A stretch of DNA of 62,529 nt from positions 1 to 62,529 of the IMG/VR virus record IMGVR_UViG_3300017707_001200; one strand, 5' to 3'. The notes beneath the pieces are model-generated. The model made no database searches. It saw only the letters and a list, made by a program, of their open reading frames with translations, and was not told the origin of the DNA. The position numbers were made by a program, and so were the translations under genes. This document shows, piece by piece, positions 49,187 to 59,179 of the stretch; position 1 is the first letter of the stretch; each line of letters opens with the position of its first letter. Origin of the DNA: a virus (lineage: Duplodnaviria; Caudoviricetes).

Positions 49187-49611
49187 TGTCTACCATCGAG
49201 CAGACGCAGGAAGACATCCTGGAGTTGCTGGAATCTGAGTTTGTCCAGCCTATAGTCGAACAGGGCATACCTGACATTTATACCGTCCTGAGGAATAATG
49301 TAGGCCAGATCGAGCCGTACATCGCGATCCAGTTTGGAGACCTCCAGAACTCGCAGGGGAAGAGCATGATCGGACCCCGGGGACACGATTACGATATGCC
49401 GATCTATGTGCAGTGTATCGCCCCCGATCCGAAGATTGCACGCCAGCTTCAGAACAAGTTGGTGAACGTTCTTCTGGGCATTAGTTTTGATTGGTCGGGG
49501 AATATGGCAAAGCGGCCAGGAGGTGGCATGTTCCCGATGACAAATTCTAATTCTGCAACCGAAGCCTATGTATCGGCGTCGTCTTTTGGCCTGCCGGTGC
49601 AATTCGAATAA
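49186..49611 (+). CDS. Tail terminator
   Basis: PYIAI motif, synteny. Confidence 0.6.
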   Translation: MSTIEQTQEDILELLESEFVQPIVEQGIPDIYTVLRNNVGQIEPYIAIQFGDLQNSQGKSMIGPRGHDYDMPIYVQCIAPDPKIARQLQNKLVNVLLGISFDWSGNMAKRPGGGMFPMTNSNSATEAYVSASSFGLPVQFE

Positions 49612-49630
49612 CTGATAGAATGGTATAAGG

Positions 49631-49876
49631 ATGAATAACGTTGAGCGCGTAGTGGTTTTTAACACCGAGACCGAAGAGACCGGTGTAATTCGCCGTTCCC
49701 TTTTCGAGAGTGAAGTCTTCAACCCAGGGGGTCTCCTTCTGCTTGAAGTAGAGGACACTCGAAGCGGTTGCGTTGACTGCGGTGTGGAGCCGTCCTACGT
49801 TCCAGAAACCGACCAGGACGAGGTTGAGTCTGATGGCCTCCTCGAATATGAGAACATTGACGAGGAAGAGGACTAA
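49631..49876 (+). CDS. Acidic hypothetical protein
   Basis: ORF after a TGATAGAAT promoter. Confidence 0.65.
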   Translation: MNNVERVVVFNTETEETGVIRRSLFESEVFNPGGLLLLEVEDTRSGCVDCGVEPSYVPETDQDEVESDGLLEYENIDEEED

Positions 49877-49878
49877 TA

Positions 49879-50445
49879 ATGGCCTTGAAGAGACTAGCCC
49901 GCGATGAGGTCTACCGGTTCTACCTGGCCTCTAAGCTCGCGTTCGAAGATTGGGAAAACCCTACAGTCGCGGAGATGAACGCGAACCCCACCAACGACCC
50001 GAACGGCCTGATCTGGAACCTGTCCTGTGCTCTTGACACGGACACGACCCAGTTCGATCTTGACGAGCCGGATTCGGATGACTCGCTGACGTTCTGCCAG
50101 TCCTCGGGTAACCAGGAGCCGACTGAGTACGCGGCCACGGTCGTTTACGGTCTCCAGCTTGCCAAGGAGCGTTGGCTGGATGCTGACTCCACCCTGGCGG
50201 CTGACGGCTTCAACACCTCCACCCTCGCACAGAGCCTCCTCACCTGGAGAGGCATTGAATACTTCGCGATTCTCTCTGTCGGAGAGGATGTGGATGCCCC
50301 GTTCGCAGTGGGCCACCGACTTAAGATGGCTGAGGTCGCAACTGACCACGGTATTGTTGAGGGTGGCACGGGTGAAATGCTGAAGATGACGCAGACATTC
50401 GCCAAGAGGTCAAGTTTGAATTGGAACTTTGCGCTTACCGCTTAG
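49879..50445 (+). CDS. Major tail protein-like, copy 1
   Basis: PTVAEMN...NLSCAL pattern of actinophage tail tube proteins. Confidence 0.7.
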   Translation: MALKRLARDEVYRFYLASKLAFEDWENPTVAEMNANPTNDPNGLIWNLSCALDTDTTQFDLDEPDSDDSLTFCQSSGNQEPTEYAATVVYGLQLAKERWLDADSTLAADGFNTSTLAQSLLTWRGIEYFAILSVGEDVDAPFAVGHRLKMAEVATDHGIVEGGTGEMLKMTQTFAKRSSLNWNFALTA

Positions 50446-50942
50446 TTAAAACCCAGGTACGTCAAGAGGCCCCGGATTCGTTCGGGGCTTTCTTGCATTT
50501 GACCCAATGTAACATTGCAAGAGTGACAAAGCCAACCGCGAACACAGTTCCCACAGGCCCACTTAGATTTTTGAGGGAAACTTCCCGCGGGGCAGCACGC
50601 ATGATCATGGTCGATGTGAAGACGCTCCCGAGACCTGCATCCCGTGTTAGCGCATACTCGATTTTCGGGCTTCATCATCTCCATCAACCTGTCGGGTTCG
50701 ATACCATACCTCCACCCGATCCGGCGGCAATCACCACATATCTGACTGGTCGCCAGTTTCCGCTTTTCGCAACCTGGGATCGGGCATTCCGAAAACACGG
50801 TTGACTCCCCGTAAAGCCGTAGCTTACGTTCGCGATGATAGTGAGCACCGCAAACCCCTGCGCTATGGATCGGCCTATCGCAGCCCTCTCGAAGGCACTC
50901 CTTACGACTCCCGTCTGGGTTGTTCCATTTCTCGTAAACCAT
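50442..50942 (-). CDS. Endonuclease VII-family nuclease, antisense to the tail operon
   Basis: LHIDHDHACC...CGNCVRGWLCHSCNVTLG. Confidence 0.88.
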   Translation of the reverse strand: MVYEKWNNPDGSRKECLREGCDRPIHSAGVCGAHYHRERKLRLYGESTVFSECPIPGCEKRKLATSQICGDCRRIGWRYGIEPDRLMEMMKPENRVCANTGCRSRERLHIDHDHACCPAGSFPQKSKWACGNCVRGWLCHSCNVTLGQMQESPERIRGLLTYLGFN

Positions 50943-51088
50943 CAGAACCAACTATTCTTGGAAGACTCGTAATAGAAGTGCTGATAGTGCCGGGAGCACA
51001 GTCCATGACACCTCACAGGCTCTTCGCATTGTTCGTACTGACAGGCCATTCGCGTTCCGTCCTCATTAACCCACTTCAGGTTCGGCAT
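50942..51088 (-). CDS. 48-aa stand-alone Cys/His module
   Basis: GAAAGGAG RBS; CQYEQC...GLCSRHY; TGATG coupling. Confidence 0.7.
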   Translation of the reverse strand: MPNLKWVNEDGTRMACQYEQCEEPVRCHGLCSRHYQHFYYESSKNSWF

Positions 51089-51177
51089 CTTGCTCCTTTC
51101 AACATGTTCAATCTTAATGGTATCATGGAATAAGACGAACTTACAACCCTCAAACACTGGAGGACATCATAGCTACC

Positions 51178-51975
51178 TTGGACTACACAAAGCTCCCAGC
51201 CGATAAGCGCCAGACGGTGTGGATCGGCCCTTCCGGGGGTACGACTCTCGGTATCACTGACGTTGCAGAGCCTCTTGCGGCTGAGATCAACAACACGGGT
51301 GGAACTTCGGGTGTTATTCCGGCGTCTCAGTCGATCTCATGGAATGACTACGGCTTCGGCACCCAGGCTTCTGAGGTTCTGAATGAGCCGTCTCTCGCTG
51401 ACTCGGCCTCTTACGAGGAGTTCGGCCAGGAGAACTACGGCGGCGACATGTCGTTCTACTACCCCGAGTCCTACGATGACAACTCCAACCTGCACAGTGT
51501 CATCTACGACCTCACCGATATCCCGGGTGAGCGTCAGGACATCGCGGTTCGGGTTGACGGAGACCTGGAGACGACGGTTGCGGCGGCTGACGGCCAGTTC
51601 GTCTCCGTCTACCGGGTTCAGGGCGTTGCCGAGGCTAACCCGTTCACGCCGGGCGAGTCCAAGCGCCGCACGGTGACCTTCTGGAACAAGAGCGACTTCA
51701 GTCACTTCACGGTTATTGGTGACCACGCAATCACCGCTATTCCGCCTGCAACGACTCCTTGGGCCACTGGTGGCGTCGGACGTATTCGCGCTTCCCAGCA
51801 GGGTCGTGACACGACTAACCGCCTTTCGTTTACCACGAGTAACGCGGCTGTTATTCAGGTTTACCCCGGGGGATTCTACGAGGTCCTGGGTGCGGCGGCT
51901 GCAACGGCCACCATTACCATTGAGGACCAGGAGACTGGCGACACCGCAACTGTGAACGTGGTCGTTACTGCATAA
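51178..51975 (+). CDS. Major tail protein-like, copy 2, with C-terminal Ig-like domain
   Basis: PLAAEIN; FTTSNAAVIQV..G Ig-like tail; followed by terminator. Confidence 0.8.
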   Translation: MDYTKLPADKRQTVWIGPSGGTTLGITDVAEPLAAEINNTGGTSGVIPASQSISWNDYGFGTQASEVLNEPSLADSASYEEFGQENYGGDMSFYYPESYDDNSNLHSVIYDLTDIPGERQDIAVRVDGDLETTVAAADGQFVSVYRVQGVAEANPFTPGESKRRTVTFWNKSDFSHFTVIGDHAITAIPPATTPWATGGVGRIRASQQGRDTTNRLSFTTSNAAVIQVYPGGFYEVLGAAAATATITIEDQETGDTATVNVVVTA

Positions 51976-51993
51976 GGTAGAATTAATAGTAGG

Positions 51994-52024
51994 GAGCCTC
52001 GGGGGATATTCCCTGGGGCTTTTT
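51994..52024 (+). terminator. Intrinsic terminator
   Basis: AGCCTCGGGG/CCCTGGGGCT-TTTT. Confidence 0.7.
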
Positions 52025-52041
52025 ACTTTAGAGGAGGACTA

Positions 52042-52626
52042 ATGACTGACGCACTGAACGCCAGCACTTTTGACATCGCAGATATGTTTGCCGGGGTTTC
52101 TTATCCCGCAGAGGTAGTGCCGTTCTACACGGACCAGGCAATCGCTTACGAATTCCATAAGCTCGCGGGTGAAGCCCTGGACGCTGTTCGGGATAAGGAC
52201 GAGGATGCCGCACGCGCAATTGAAAAGCGCCGGGACGAGCTTATTAAGAAGGCGGAGTCCAACCGCTACGAGATTCATCTCCGGGGGCAGAGCCGCGATA
52301 ATCGGGACGCCGTTCTGAAGAGTGTGCGAGCTAAGTACCCTGTCGAACGAGACTTCCTGGGTCGGGAGACGCCTAACGCAGAGGCAGATGAGCTTTACAT
52401 CAATAAGTTCTGGGCACTTCACATTGAGAAGATCGTGGCCCCTAACGGCGCTATCGTCGCGGCACCGGACGAGGCAGCTATCAAGGTTCTCCGTGGTAAC
52501 TCCCCGGACTCGGAAATCGATAAGGTCGAGAAGGCAATTCAGGAGCTTTCTTCGGGCGCAAAGAGTGGCTTCGAGTCGCTTGCGCAGGAACACGATTTTT
52601 TGTCCAGTGCCTCACCCGAGGCATAA
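52042..52626 (+). CDS. Tail assembly chaperone (G)
   Basis: Between tail tube and tape measure; slippery site near its end. Confidence 0.8.
   Translation: MTDALNASTFDIADMFAGVSYPAEVVPFYTDQAIAYEFHKLAGEALDAVRDKDEDAARAIEKRRDELIKKAESNRYEIHLRGQSRDNRDAVLKSVRAKYPVERDFLGRETPNAEADELYINKFWALHIEKIVAPNGAIVAAPDEAAIKVLRGNSPDSEIDKVEKAIQELSSGAKSGFESLAQEHDFLSSASPEA
52596..52602 (+). promoter_or_regulatory. Predicted -1 programmed frameshift site T TTT TTG
   Basis: -1 frame is open from here into the 52638-53066 ORF. Confidence 0.7.
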
Positions 52627-52637
52627 GTAAGCTTTAC

Positions 52638-53066
52638 ATGCCCTCGATCCGCATTGCGGTGAAGATGCAAAAGCGTCCGACCGCGGCGATTATGGGCGAC
52701 GATTGGTTCGGTCATCGTGACCCCTTGACCTTTGAGCCTTTGGGCGACCGGGAGGAGTACACCTCTTGGGACTGGTCGATTCTGAATGCTTTCCAGACCA
52801 TTGAGGACTACTCTGATAAGCACGGGCTTTTGGTGTGGGAGATTGATGACGAGCGTGTAGTTGTTGACGCGATCCGGAAGACGGACAAATTCCAGCGATC
52901 CATTGATGAGCGGACTAAGGGAACAGACAAGAAACCCTACAAGCCCATCCCCGGGGAGTATTTTGTCCCGGACGTTCATTCTCGCGAACATGACGAGAGC
53001 GGTAATGAGGTATTCAACACATTCCGTGAGTGGGTCGAAAAGTCTATTGCGAAGGAACAGGGCTGA
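52638..53066 (+). CDS. Tail assembly chaperone (T, frameshift extension)
   Basis: No RBS; in the -1 frame relative to G. Confidence 0.7.
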   Translation: MPSIRIAVKMQKRPTAAIMGDDWFGHRDPLTFEPLGDREEYTSWDWSILNAFQTIEDYSDKHGLLVWEIDDERVVVDAIRKTDKFQRSIDERTKGTDKKPYKPIPGEYFVPDVHSREHDESGNEVFNTFREWVEKSIAKEQG

Positions 53067-53109
53067 TAGAATAGGTAATAGAGACTTTACTTCAGATCGG
53101 GGCGCATAA

Positions 53110-56100
53110 GTGGCAGGCGACAAATTCAATTGGGATATCGTCGTCCGTCTTGCAACCGTTGGAGCACGCCAGGCCAAGGGTGATATTGAGGGCTTCAGTA
53201 CCGCCGTTGATGAAATGGCGCGTACCGGTAAGGTCTCGGAGAAAGCCGCCGAATCTGCCACCCGGGCGACAATCCAGCAAGGCCGAGCCGCCAAGACAGC
53301 CTCTGCCGATGTCAAGCAGATGGAGACGAGTATCATCTCGCTCCGGTACGCTAACTACGATCTTGCTACCTCCATGCTGTCCCTCTCGGCGGGAATCACT
53401 GCCGCGGGGGTGGGGGTCGTTACAGCCTTCGCTTCTCAGGAGTCGGCATTCACTAACGTGGAGCGTACCGCAGACGGAGCACTCGGTAATATTCGCCAGG
53501 CTTTGGTGGAGCTTAGCACGCAGATTCCCCTGACGTTTAACGAGCTTGCGGGGATCGCCACTCTCGGTAACCAGTTGGGTATCGGCGCAGATCAGCTAGA
53601 GGCGTTTACCACCACGGTTGCACAGTTCTCCGCTGTGACCGGCATCTCCGCTGAGGAATCGGCAATCGCCTTTGGTAAGCTGGGAAACCTCTTGGGCGTC
53701 CTGCCGGATGACTATGACCGGCTGGGATCAGCTATTGCCCTCGTGGGCCGTACAACCGCCGCTACAGACGCTCAGATCATCTCCACGGCCAGGGAGCTTG
53801 CAGCGACTGCGGCAGGTGCCGGGTTTACCGCAGATCAGGTCATCGGCCTCTCAGGTGCCCTGGCTTCCCTGGGTGTACCTCCAGAGCGTGCCCGTTCTAC
53901 TATCCTCCAGTTCTTCGAAACCCTCAACATGGCAACCGCCGAGGGTGGACAGAAGCTAGAGGACTTCGCGTCCATCGTGGGGGTCACGTCTAGCGAGCTT
54001 GAGTCTATGGTTCGTAGCGGCCAGGGTGAAAGCATCCTCCAGCGCTTTGTCGGCAGTGTCTCGACTCAGGACACGGTTGCTATCACCACGGCGCTTGAAA
54101 ACCTTGGTCTCGCGGGCCTTCGCACGAACCCCACTATCCGGGCAATGGCGAACAACTTCGACCTGGTTTCGCAGTCCATCGCCACGGGTGAACAGGGCTT
54201 CCGAGAGAACACTGAGCTTCAGCGTCAGATGGCATTCGTGCTTGACGACCTTGCCACTAAGTGGAAGACATTCATCAACGCGGCAACCAACGCCGCCGCC
54301 GCCATCGGCAGTTCCATTGCTCCTGCCCTGGGGACGTTCCTCGACATCCTCAAGGACACCCTTATTGGCCTAACGGCATTCGCAAGTTCCGAGTTTGGTC
54401 AGGCCCTGTTCCGGATGGTCGGAATCATTGGCACGGCTGTTGCGGCTTATGCGGCTCTGCGTGGTGGGATCGCCCTTGCGAGTGCATCTCTTCAGGCGTT
54501 CTCTCTTATCTCTAACGCTCTTGGGGGAGCGGGAATCCTCGCAGGTCTCCGTGGACTCTCCAGCGCATTCACCCTCGTGACGGGTAGCTCTATTGCGGCA
54601 GCAGGCGGAGTCTCTACCTTGCAGCTTGCGTTGACTCGTCTCCTCGCGGCTAGCGGCGTAGGTGCCGTCCTTCTGCTTATTGGAAGCGCCCTTACTGACC
54701 TCCGAGGTACGGCCCTAAACGCTATTAATGCGGTGCAGTGGCTCCTAGACACGTTCGGAGCAACCGCTTTCACTCTGGGTAACCTCCAGGGACTGTTCTA
54801 CGGCATCGTTAACGTTATCAACTTCCTTGCGGGGTCGACAAATAGCGCGGGGCAAACTATCGCACTGGGCATGGATAGGATCGGTCGGGCCTTCGAGATT
54901 GTTTCGGGCTATATTGCCTCCACGATCTCCGTAATCCAGGCTTGGGCGCAGAATATTGTAAACTCCGCGATCACAATTTATAACCGTCTCGCTCCTGTTT
55001 TCCAGGCCATCGTGCAGCTTGTGGGCGGATTTGTACAGGGATTCGTCAGCACCTTTAAGCCGGTGTTCGACATCTTCGGCGCATTTGGTCAGGGCTTCGC
55101 AGAGGGAACTGCCGCATTCGGGGACGGCCTCAACGCTCAGTTGGAATCTGCTCGCGAGTGGGCGAACACCCTGCCCTCCATGCTCGGGGATATTGAGGAC
55201 TTCACCCCCTCCGCTGACAGTGCCGCCGCCGCCACGGCTGGATGGGGCGATGCAATGGGCGGGCTGGGAGATAACGCCGGGGGAGCCGCCCGTGAAATTC
55301 GTACTCTCGTAGACTACGGAAATGACCTCCAAAGCGTCTTCTCTCGCGCCTTCGATCTTCGCTTCTCGGGGGGTTCCACCCTTGACGCTATCACGTCTAC
55401 CTTTATTACGATGCGGGAAGCCTCCGCAGAGGCCGCACGTAACATCGCCCGACTGAAGGCGGAGATTCAGGGCCTCCAGTCTGACCTCAACATTCAGAAA
55501 ATCTTCCTCGGCGTCGCAATCGAATACGGTGACACCGCCCGGGCAGAGGCGATTCAGGCTAATATCGCCCAGCTTCAGGCAGACCTGGCCGACAAGACGG
55601 CGAACCTCAGTGACGAACAGTCGAAGAACTCGAAGACCCTGGTCGGGAACTCTAAAGCGGCTATCGCCAACCGGACCCAGATGGAGGAGTTGGTCAAGCA
55701 GTACCAGGCCCATCTTGTGGCTCTTGCGTCCTCGGGTCTGAGCCAGGCTGATCTTGCACGAAAGACGGCAGAGCTTCGCGCACAGTTTATTCAGCAGGCA
55801 ACTCAGTTGGGGTATAGCCGAACCGAGGTTGAGAAGTACGCCAAGGCATTCGATGACATGCGTCTTATCATCGCTCGGGTGCCTAGGAACATTACCCTCT
55901 CGGTCAACGCCAACCCCGCAATCCAGGCGCTTTCGGAATACGAGGCGGCTCTGAATAAGGCCCGTGCGAACGCAGGCCGCGGGGTTTCTCTCGGGTCTAT
56001 CACCAACCCCACAAACGGCAAGGAAGTTCGACGGGCCGGTGTCGAGGCGAATGTGGCGGCACTGATCGCTCGGCTGAAGCAGTTGATCGCCGCCGGTCAG

Positions 56101-56529
56101 GTCAGTGGTTCGGAGGCGGTCACGGCCTATAACCGTATTGCGGACCTTGTGGCACGGCTGAAGGTAGGAAACTACGCCTCCGGTGGATACACGGGCGCGG
56201 GCGGTAAGTATGAACCGGCGGGTATTGTCCACCGTGGAGAGTACGTCGTTCCGAAGAAGGATGTCAACCAGCGCACAGGACTCCCCTATGCCGATGCGAT
56301 GGGTCGTCTTCAGCGTGGGGCTTCTGGTCCGGGCTACGCAGGTGGTGGATTCGTTCGCGGTGGAGGGTCCGGAGTCGGTATCGGTCAAATCGCATCCTAC
56401 GGCCCCATGGCGATGCAACAGCAGGCGCAGTTGTTTGCGGAGTACATGAAGGTCTACCTTGACGGTCAGCGTGTAGCAGATAACTCCGCTCGGCAGTACG
56501 CTCATAGCACCTCGGTAGGGGGAAACTAA
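53110..56529 (+). CDS. Tape measure protein
   Basis: 1139 aa, Ala/Gly-rich helical; C-terminal YASGGYTG...AGIVHRGEYV. Confidence 0.95.
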   Translation: MAGDKFNWDIVVRLATVGARQAKGDIEGFSTAVDEMARTGKVSEKAAESATRATIQQGRAAKTASADVKQMETSIISLRYANYDLATSMLSLSAGITAAGVGVVTAFASQESAFTNVERTADGALGNIRQALVELSTQIPLTFNELAGIATLGNQLGIGADQLEAFTTTVAQFSAVTGISAEESAIAFGKLGNLLGVLPDDYDRLGSAIALVGRTTAATDAQIISTARELAATAAGAGFTADQVIGLSGALASLGVPPERARSTILQFFETLNMATAEGGQKLEDFASIVGVTSSELESMVRSGQGESILQRFVGSVSTQDTVAITTALENLGLAGLRTNPTIRAMANNFDLVSQSIATGEQGFRENTELQRQMAFVLDDLATKWKTFINAATNAAAAIGSSIAPALGTFLDILKDTLIGLTAFASSEFGQALFRMVGIIGTAVAAYAALRGGIALASASLQAFSLISNALGGAGILAGLRGLSSAFTLVTGSSIAAAGGVSTLQLALTRLLAASGVGAVLLLIGSALTDLRGTALNAINAVQWLLDTFGATAFTLGNLQGLFYGIVNVINFLAGSTNSAGQTIALGMDRIGRAFEIVSGYIASTISVIQAWAQNIVNSAITIYNRLAPVFQAIVQLVGGFVQGFVSTFKPVFDIFGAFGQGFAEGTAAFGDGLNAQLESAREWANTLPSMLGDIEDFTPSADSAAAATAGWGDAMGGLGDNAGGAAREIRTLVDYGNDLQSVFSRAFDLRFSGGSTLDAITSTFITMREASAEAARNIARLKAEIQGLQSDLNIQKIFLGVAIEYGDTARAEAIQANIAQLQADLADKTANLSDEQSKNSKTLVGNSKAAIANRTQMEELVKQYQAHLVALASSGLSQADLARKTAELRAQFIQQATQLGYSRTEVEKYAKAFDDMRLIIARVPRNITLSVNANPAIQALSEYEAALNKARANAGRGVSLGSITNPTNGKEVRRAGVEANVAALIARLKQLIAAGQVSGSEAVTAYNRIADLVARLKVGNYASGGYTGAGGKYEPAGIVHRGEYVVPKKDVNQRTGLPYADAMGRLQRGASGPGYAGGGFVRGGGSGVGIGQIASYGPMAMQQQAQLFAEYMKVYLDGQRVADNSARQYAHSTSVGGN

Positions 56530-57458
56530 TGGCCTTGGATACTCGGCGTTGCTTCTTTTTCGGTACAGAGGACCGAATGCAGATGTTTGCTACCCCTCTC
56601 CAGGGAGCAGATTCCTCCCCGTCCGCATGGGGTGTTGATGGAACACTCCTGAACGGTGGGGGGTATGGGTTCCACTCTTTCGGCTCTCATAAGCGCTACA
56701 CCTACGAGTGGCCTCAATCCTCCTCTCCCGAGACCGCGCAGATGATGAAGTCCTACCGGGACGGAACCTACGGACGAGGCTTGCTATATTTCCTGGAACC
56801 GGGAATCTATAGGACAAACGTGCTTCCTGCGCACTGGGCCGATCCTTCGATGTCCCTGGATAATGAAGCCCCCTCCTTGGTTTACGGACTGGACCCAATC
56901 GAGGTTCCTACTAGCGGAGGAGAGAATCTGGGCCTTCCTGTTTCCTCCGTTCTTTACGACCTCTCTAACACCCCCGCTCAGATTACACCCACGCCCGACT
57001 CCTCGGTATTTATTCCCATCCCCCCGGGGCATACCCTTATTCTCGGAGCATTTTATTCCGCCACCGGGACTGCGGGTATCTACGCAACCCCACTGAATAA
57101 CAACGGGACGTTGGGTGATAATGTCAAGCTTACGGAGAAAGATAATTCGGACCTCGACGTGGTTACTGACCAATTTGAGGGTGATATAAAGGGTGTGCGC
57201 CTGTGGGTGGCCCGGGAAGACGGTACCGACTCCAGTTTGACTATCGCTGCGATGTGTGGTCGTTTGATTGAAACTGTAGACCTCGCTAACCCCGCCAAGG
57301 AGGCAAAGCTGGTTTCGGGTCCGTGGATTGGCGGTCAGGGGCACAGCGGGTGCCGATTCTCAGGAACCCCTTCCTACGTAACAAATAGCCCTGTTCAGGG
57401 TGGACGTGTCGGATTTGCGGCTTCCTTTGTGGAGGTCGGTAGTTGGGTCTACGGATAA
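56529..57458 (+). CDS. Minor tail protein (Dit position)
   Basis: Directly after tape measure. Confidence 0.7.
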   Translation: MALDTRRCFFFGTEDRMQMFATPLQGADSSPSAWGVDGTLLNGGGYGFHSFGSHKRYTYEWPQSSSPETAQMMKSYRDGTYGRGLLYFLEPGIYRTNVLPAHWADPSMSLDNEAPSLVYGLDPIEVPTSGGENLGLPVSSVLYDLSNTPAQITPTPDSSVFIPIPPGHTLILGAFYSATGTAGIYATPLNNNGTLGDNVKLTEKDNSDLDVVTDQFEGDIKGVRLWVAREDGTDSSLTIAAMCGRLIETVDLANPAKEAKLVSGPWIGGQGHSGCRFSGTPSYVTNSPVQGGRVGFAASFVEVGSWVYG

Positions 57459-57467
57459 GGATAAATT

Positions 57468-59150
57468 ATGGCTCTCCCTAATCTTCCCACCGCGGGACAA
57501 AGCCCCTGGTACGTCCCTCGAACGGACTGGGATAATGCGGTTGAAGCGGAACTAGAGGGTCGTCTCTCTGACGCATCACTCTCTTCCACTATCGTCAACC
57601 GGACTAAGCAGAACTACGGATTGGGTCTATCCCCTTATTCGTTCGGTGCTGTGGGTGACGGTGTGGCGGATGACGGTGCCGCGCTCCAAGCCTTCTTCAA
57701 CTACGTGACAGCAAACGACGTGGGGGTAGGCTACGTCGGGGGTATCTTCCGATCTTCACTCCCGCTCACGATGGGGGCCGCCCTCACCAAGAGCTTCGTT
57801 GGGAAGATGGACCTCACTTTCTCCGGAACGTCAGGGGTCATCGGCCTCACCATCGGGGGTTGGGCTAACGGATATTGGCAGCATATGCGCCTGTATGGCC
57901 CCTCTTCTGGGACGACCAACTATGCGTCAAAGACGTGGCACACAGGTCTGTACCTTACAAATGGAACGGCACGGAACCAGTTCGGCAAGATCGAGGGTGG
58001 GAACTGGTCTTTCTCCTTGATCGCCACTGCCGACGCCCCGGCAAACACCACCGCTAATGACTTCGGAAACATCCGCGCTCAGGACTGTGGCTCGGGTCAC
58101 CGAACGGCGAATGGAAGCACGAGGTATGGTCTGACGACCACCTGGTCCAATCCTGTGAACAACGGATCGTCCGGCTCGAACGCTCAGAGCACAACTATCG
58201 ACGTCGCCACCCTCCCGCCGCAGTACATCATCGATGGATTCCACGGAGCCGTTGGATCAGCCCCCTACATGATTCGGATAACGGACAACTTGGGGAAGAC
58301 CCGACTTCACTACATTCAGTCAATTGATGTTGCCAACAGCAGATTGACAATTTTCCCGTGGGTTGACCCTGCAACGACTCCGACACTTGCTGACTATCAG
58401 TGGGGTGGCGCTCTTTATACAAAGGGTTCTGACTCTAACGTTCAGTCCTTCACGATGATTGATGCTGTGCGATGCGGTAGCGCTTTGGTAGTTGCCTCTC
58501 TCTACGGCCCCGTGGGAAAGAGGATCATCTCTCAGTTCACGGGTGCCGCCGTTGTACTCGGAGCTTCTCCTAGTTCAGCCATTCTCGGGTCCAGCCTTTC
58601 GGGGTTGTATTACGAAAACAACATGGAGGACTTCATCTATGTCGCCCGCCCCAATAGCTCAAACGTGTACAACTACATCGACTCTGACTACGCCCTGAAT
58701 CTCGCTAAGACATACGTAGTAAGCGCTCCACGAGTCTCGGGCACCTTCACGGATGCTCCCGCGTCTCAGGGATTTGGCGGGACGATGTTCGCAGTTCGCG
58801 GGCGGTTCTACAACTTTGAGAAGACTCCACGTAATGGCGGATATGGTGCGACCCAGACGATTGCTCTGAACAGACAGGACATGCAGGTACCGCTTTACGG
58901 CAATACCTTTACGATCAATGTGACCCTTGACCTAGATATACACCGCCTCTTCGGATACGATACCGTACAATTCCTCATTGCATCAACAACGGGGGGCGCA
59001 CCCTCGGGGACCATTACATTCAACGCACCGTCCGGGTACACAATTAATGGTGGTGCCGGACCTGTTGTATTCTCTGGACTTGTGGCCCCGACCCGCTATC
59101 TTTTCCGTTTTGATACCGTGGCAATGAACGTCGTCGTATTCGCAATCTAG
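57468..59150 (+). CDS. Tailspike-like beta-helix protein
   Basis: FGAVGDGVADDGAALQA pectate-lyase-3-type motif. Confidence 0.75.
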   Translation: MALPNLPTAGQSPWYVPRTDWDNAVEAELEGRLSDASLSSTIVNRTKQNYGLGLSPYSFGAVGDGVADDGAALQAFFNYVTANDVGVGYVGGIFRSSLPLTMGAALTKSFVGKMDLTFSGTSGVIGLTIGGWANGYWQHMRLYGPSSGTTNYASKTWHTGLYLTNGTARNQFGKIEGGNWSFSLIATADAPANTTANDFGNIRAQDCGSGHRTANGSTRYGLTTTWSNPVNNGSSGSNAQSTTIDVATLPPQYIIDGFHGAVGSAPYMIRITDNLGKTRLHYIQSIDVANSRLTIFPWVDPATTPTLADYQWGGALYTKGSDSNVQSFTMIDAVRCGSALVVASLYGPVGKRIISQFTGAAVVLGASPSSAILGSSLSGLYYENNMEDFIYVARPNSSNVYNYIDSDYALNLAKTYVVSAPRVSGTFTDAPASQGFGGTMFAVRGRFYNFEKTPRNGGYGATQTIALNRQDMQVPLYGNTFTINVTLDLDIHRLFGYDTVQFLIASTTGGAPSGTITFNAPSGYTINGGAGPVVFSGLVAPTRYLFRFDTVAMNVVVFAI

Positions 59151-59179
59151 TTTAAGATAGAATAGATTAGGAGGCGTCA

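Noticed and set aside
50442-51177. Group I intron splitting one tail gene
   Set aside because: Both flanking genes look like complete paralogs, the nuclease is antisense, and there is no space or motif for an intron core
51978-51983. Late promoter for the tail chaperone
   Set aside because: TAGAAT lies upstream of a terminator hairpin, so its role is unclear
54745-56505. 586-aa minus-strand ORF
   Set aside because: Antisense shadow of the tape measure gene
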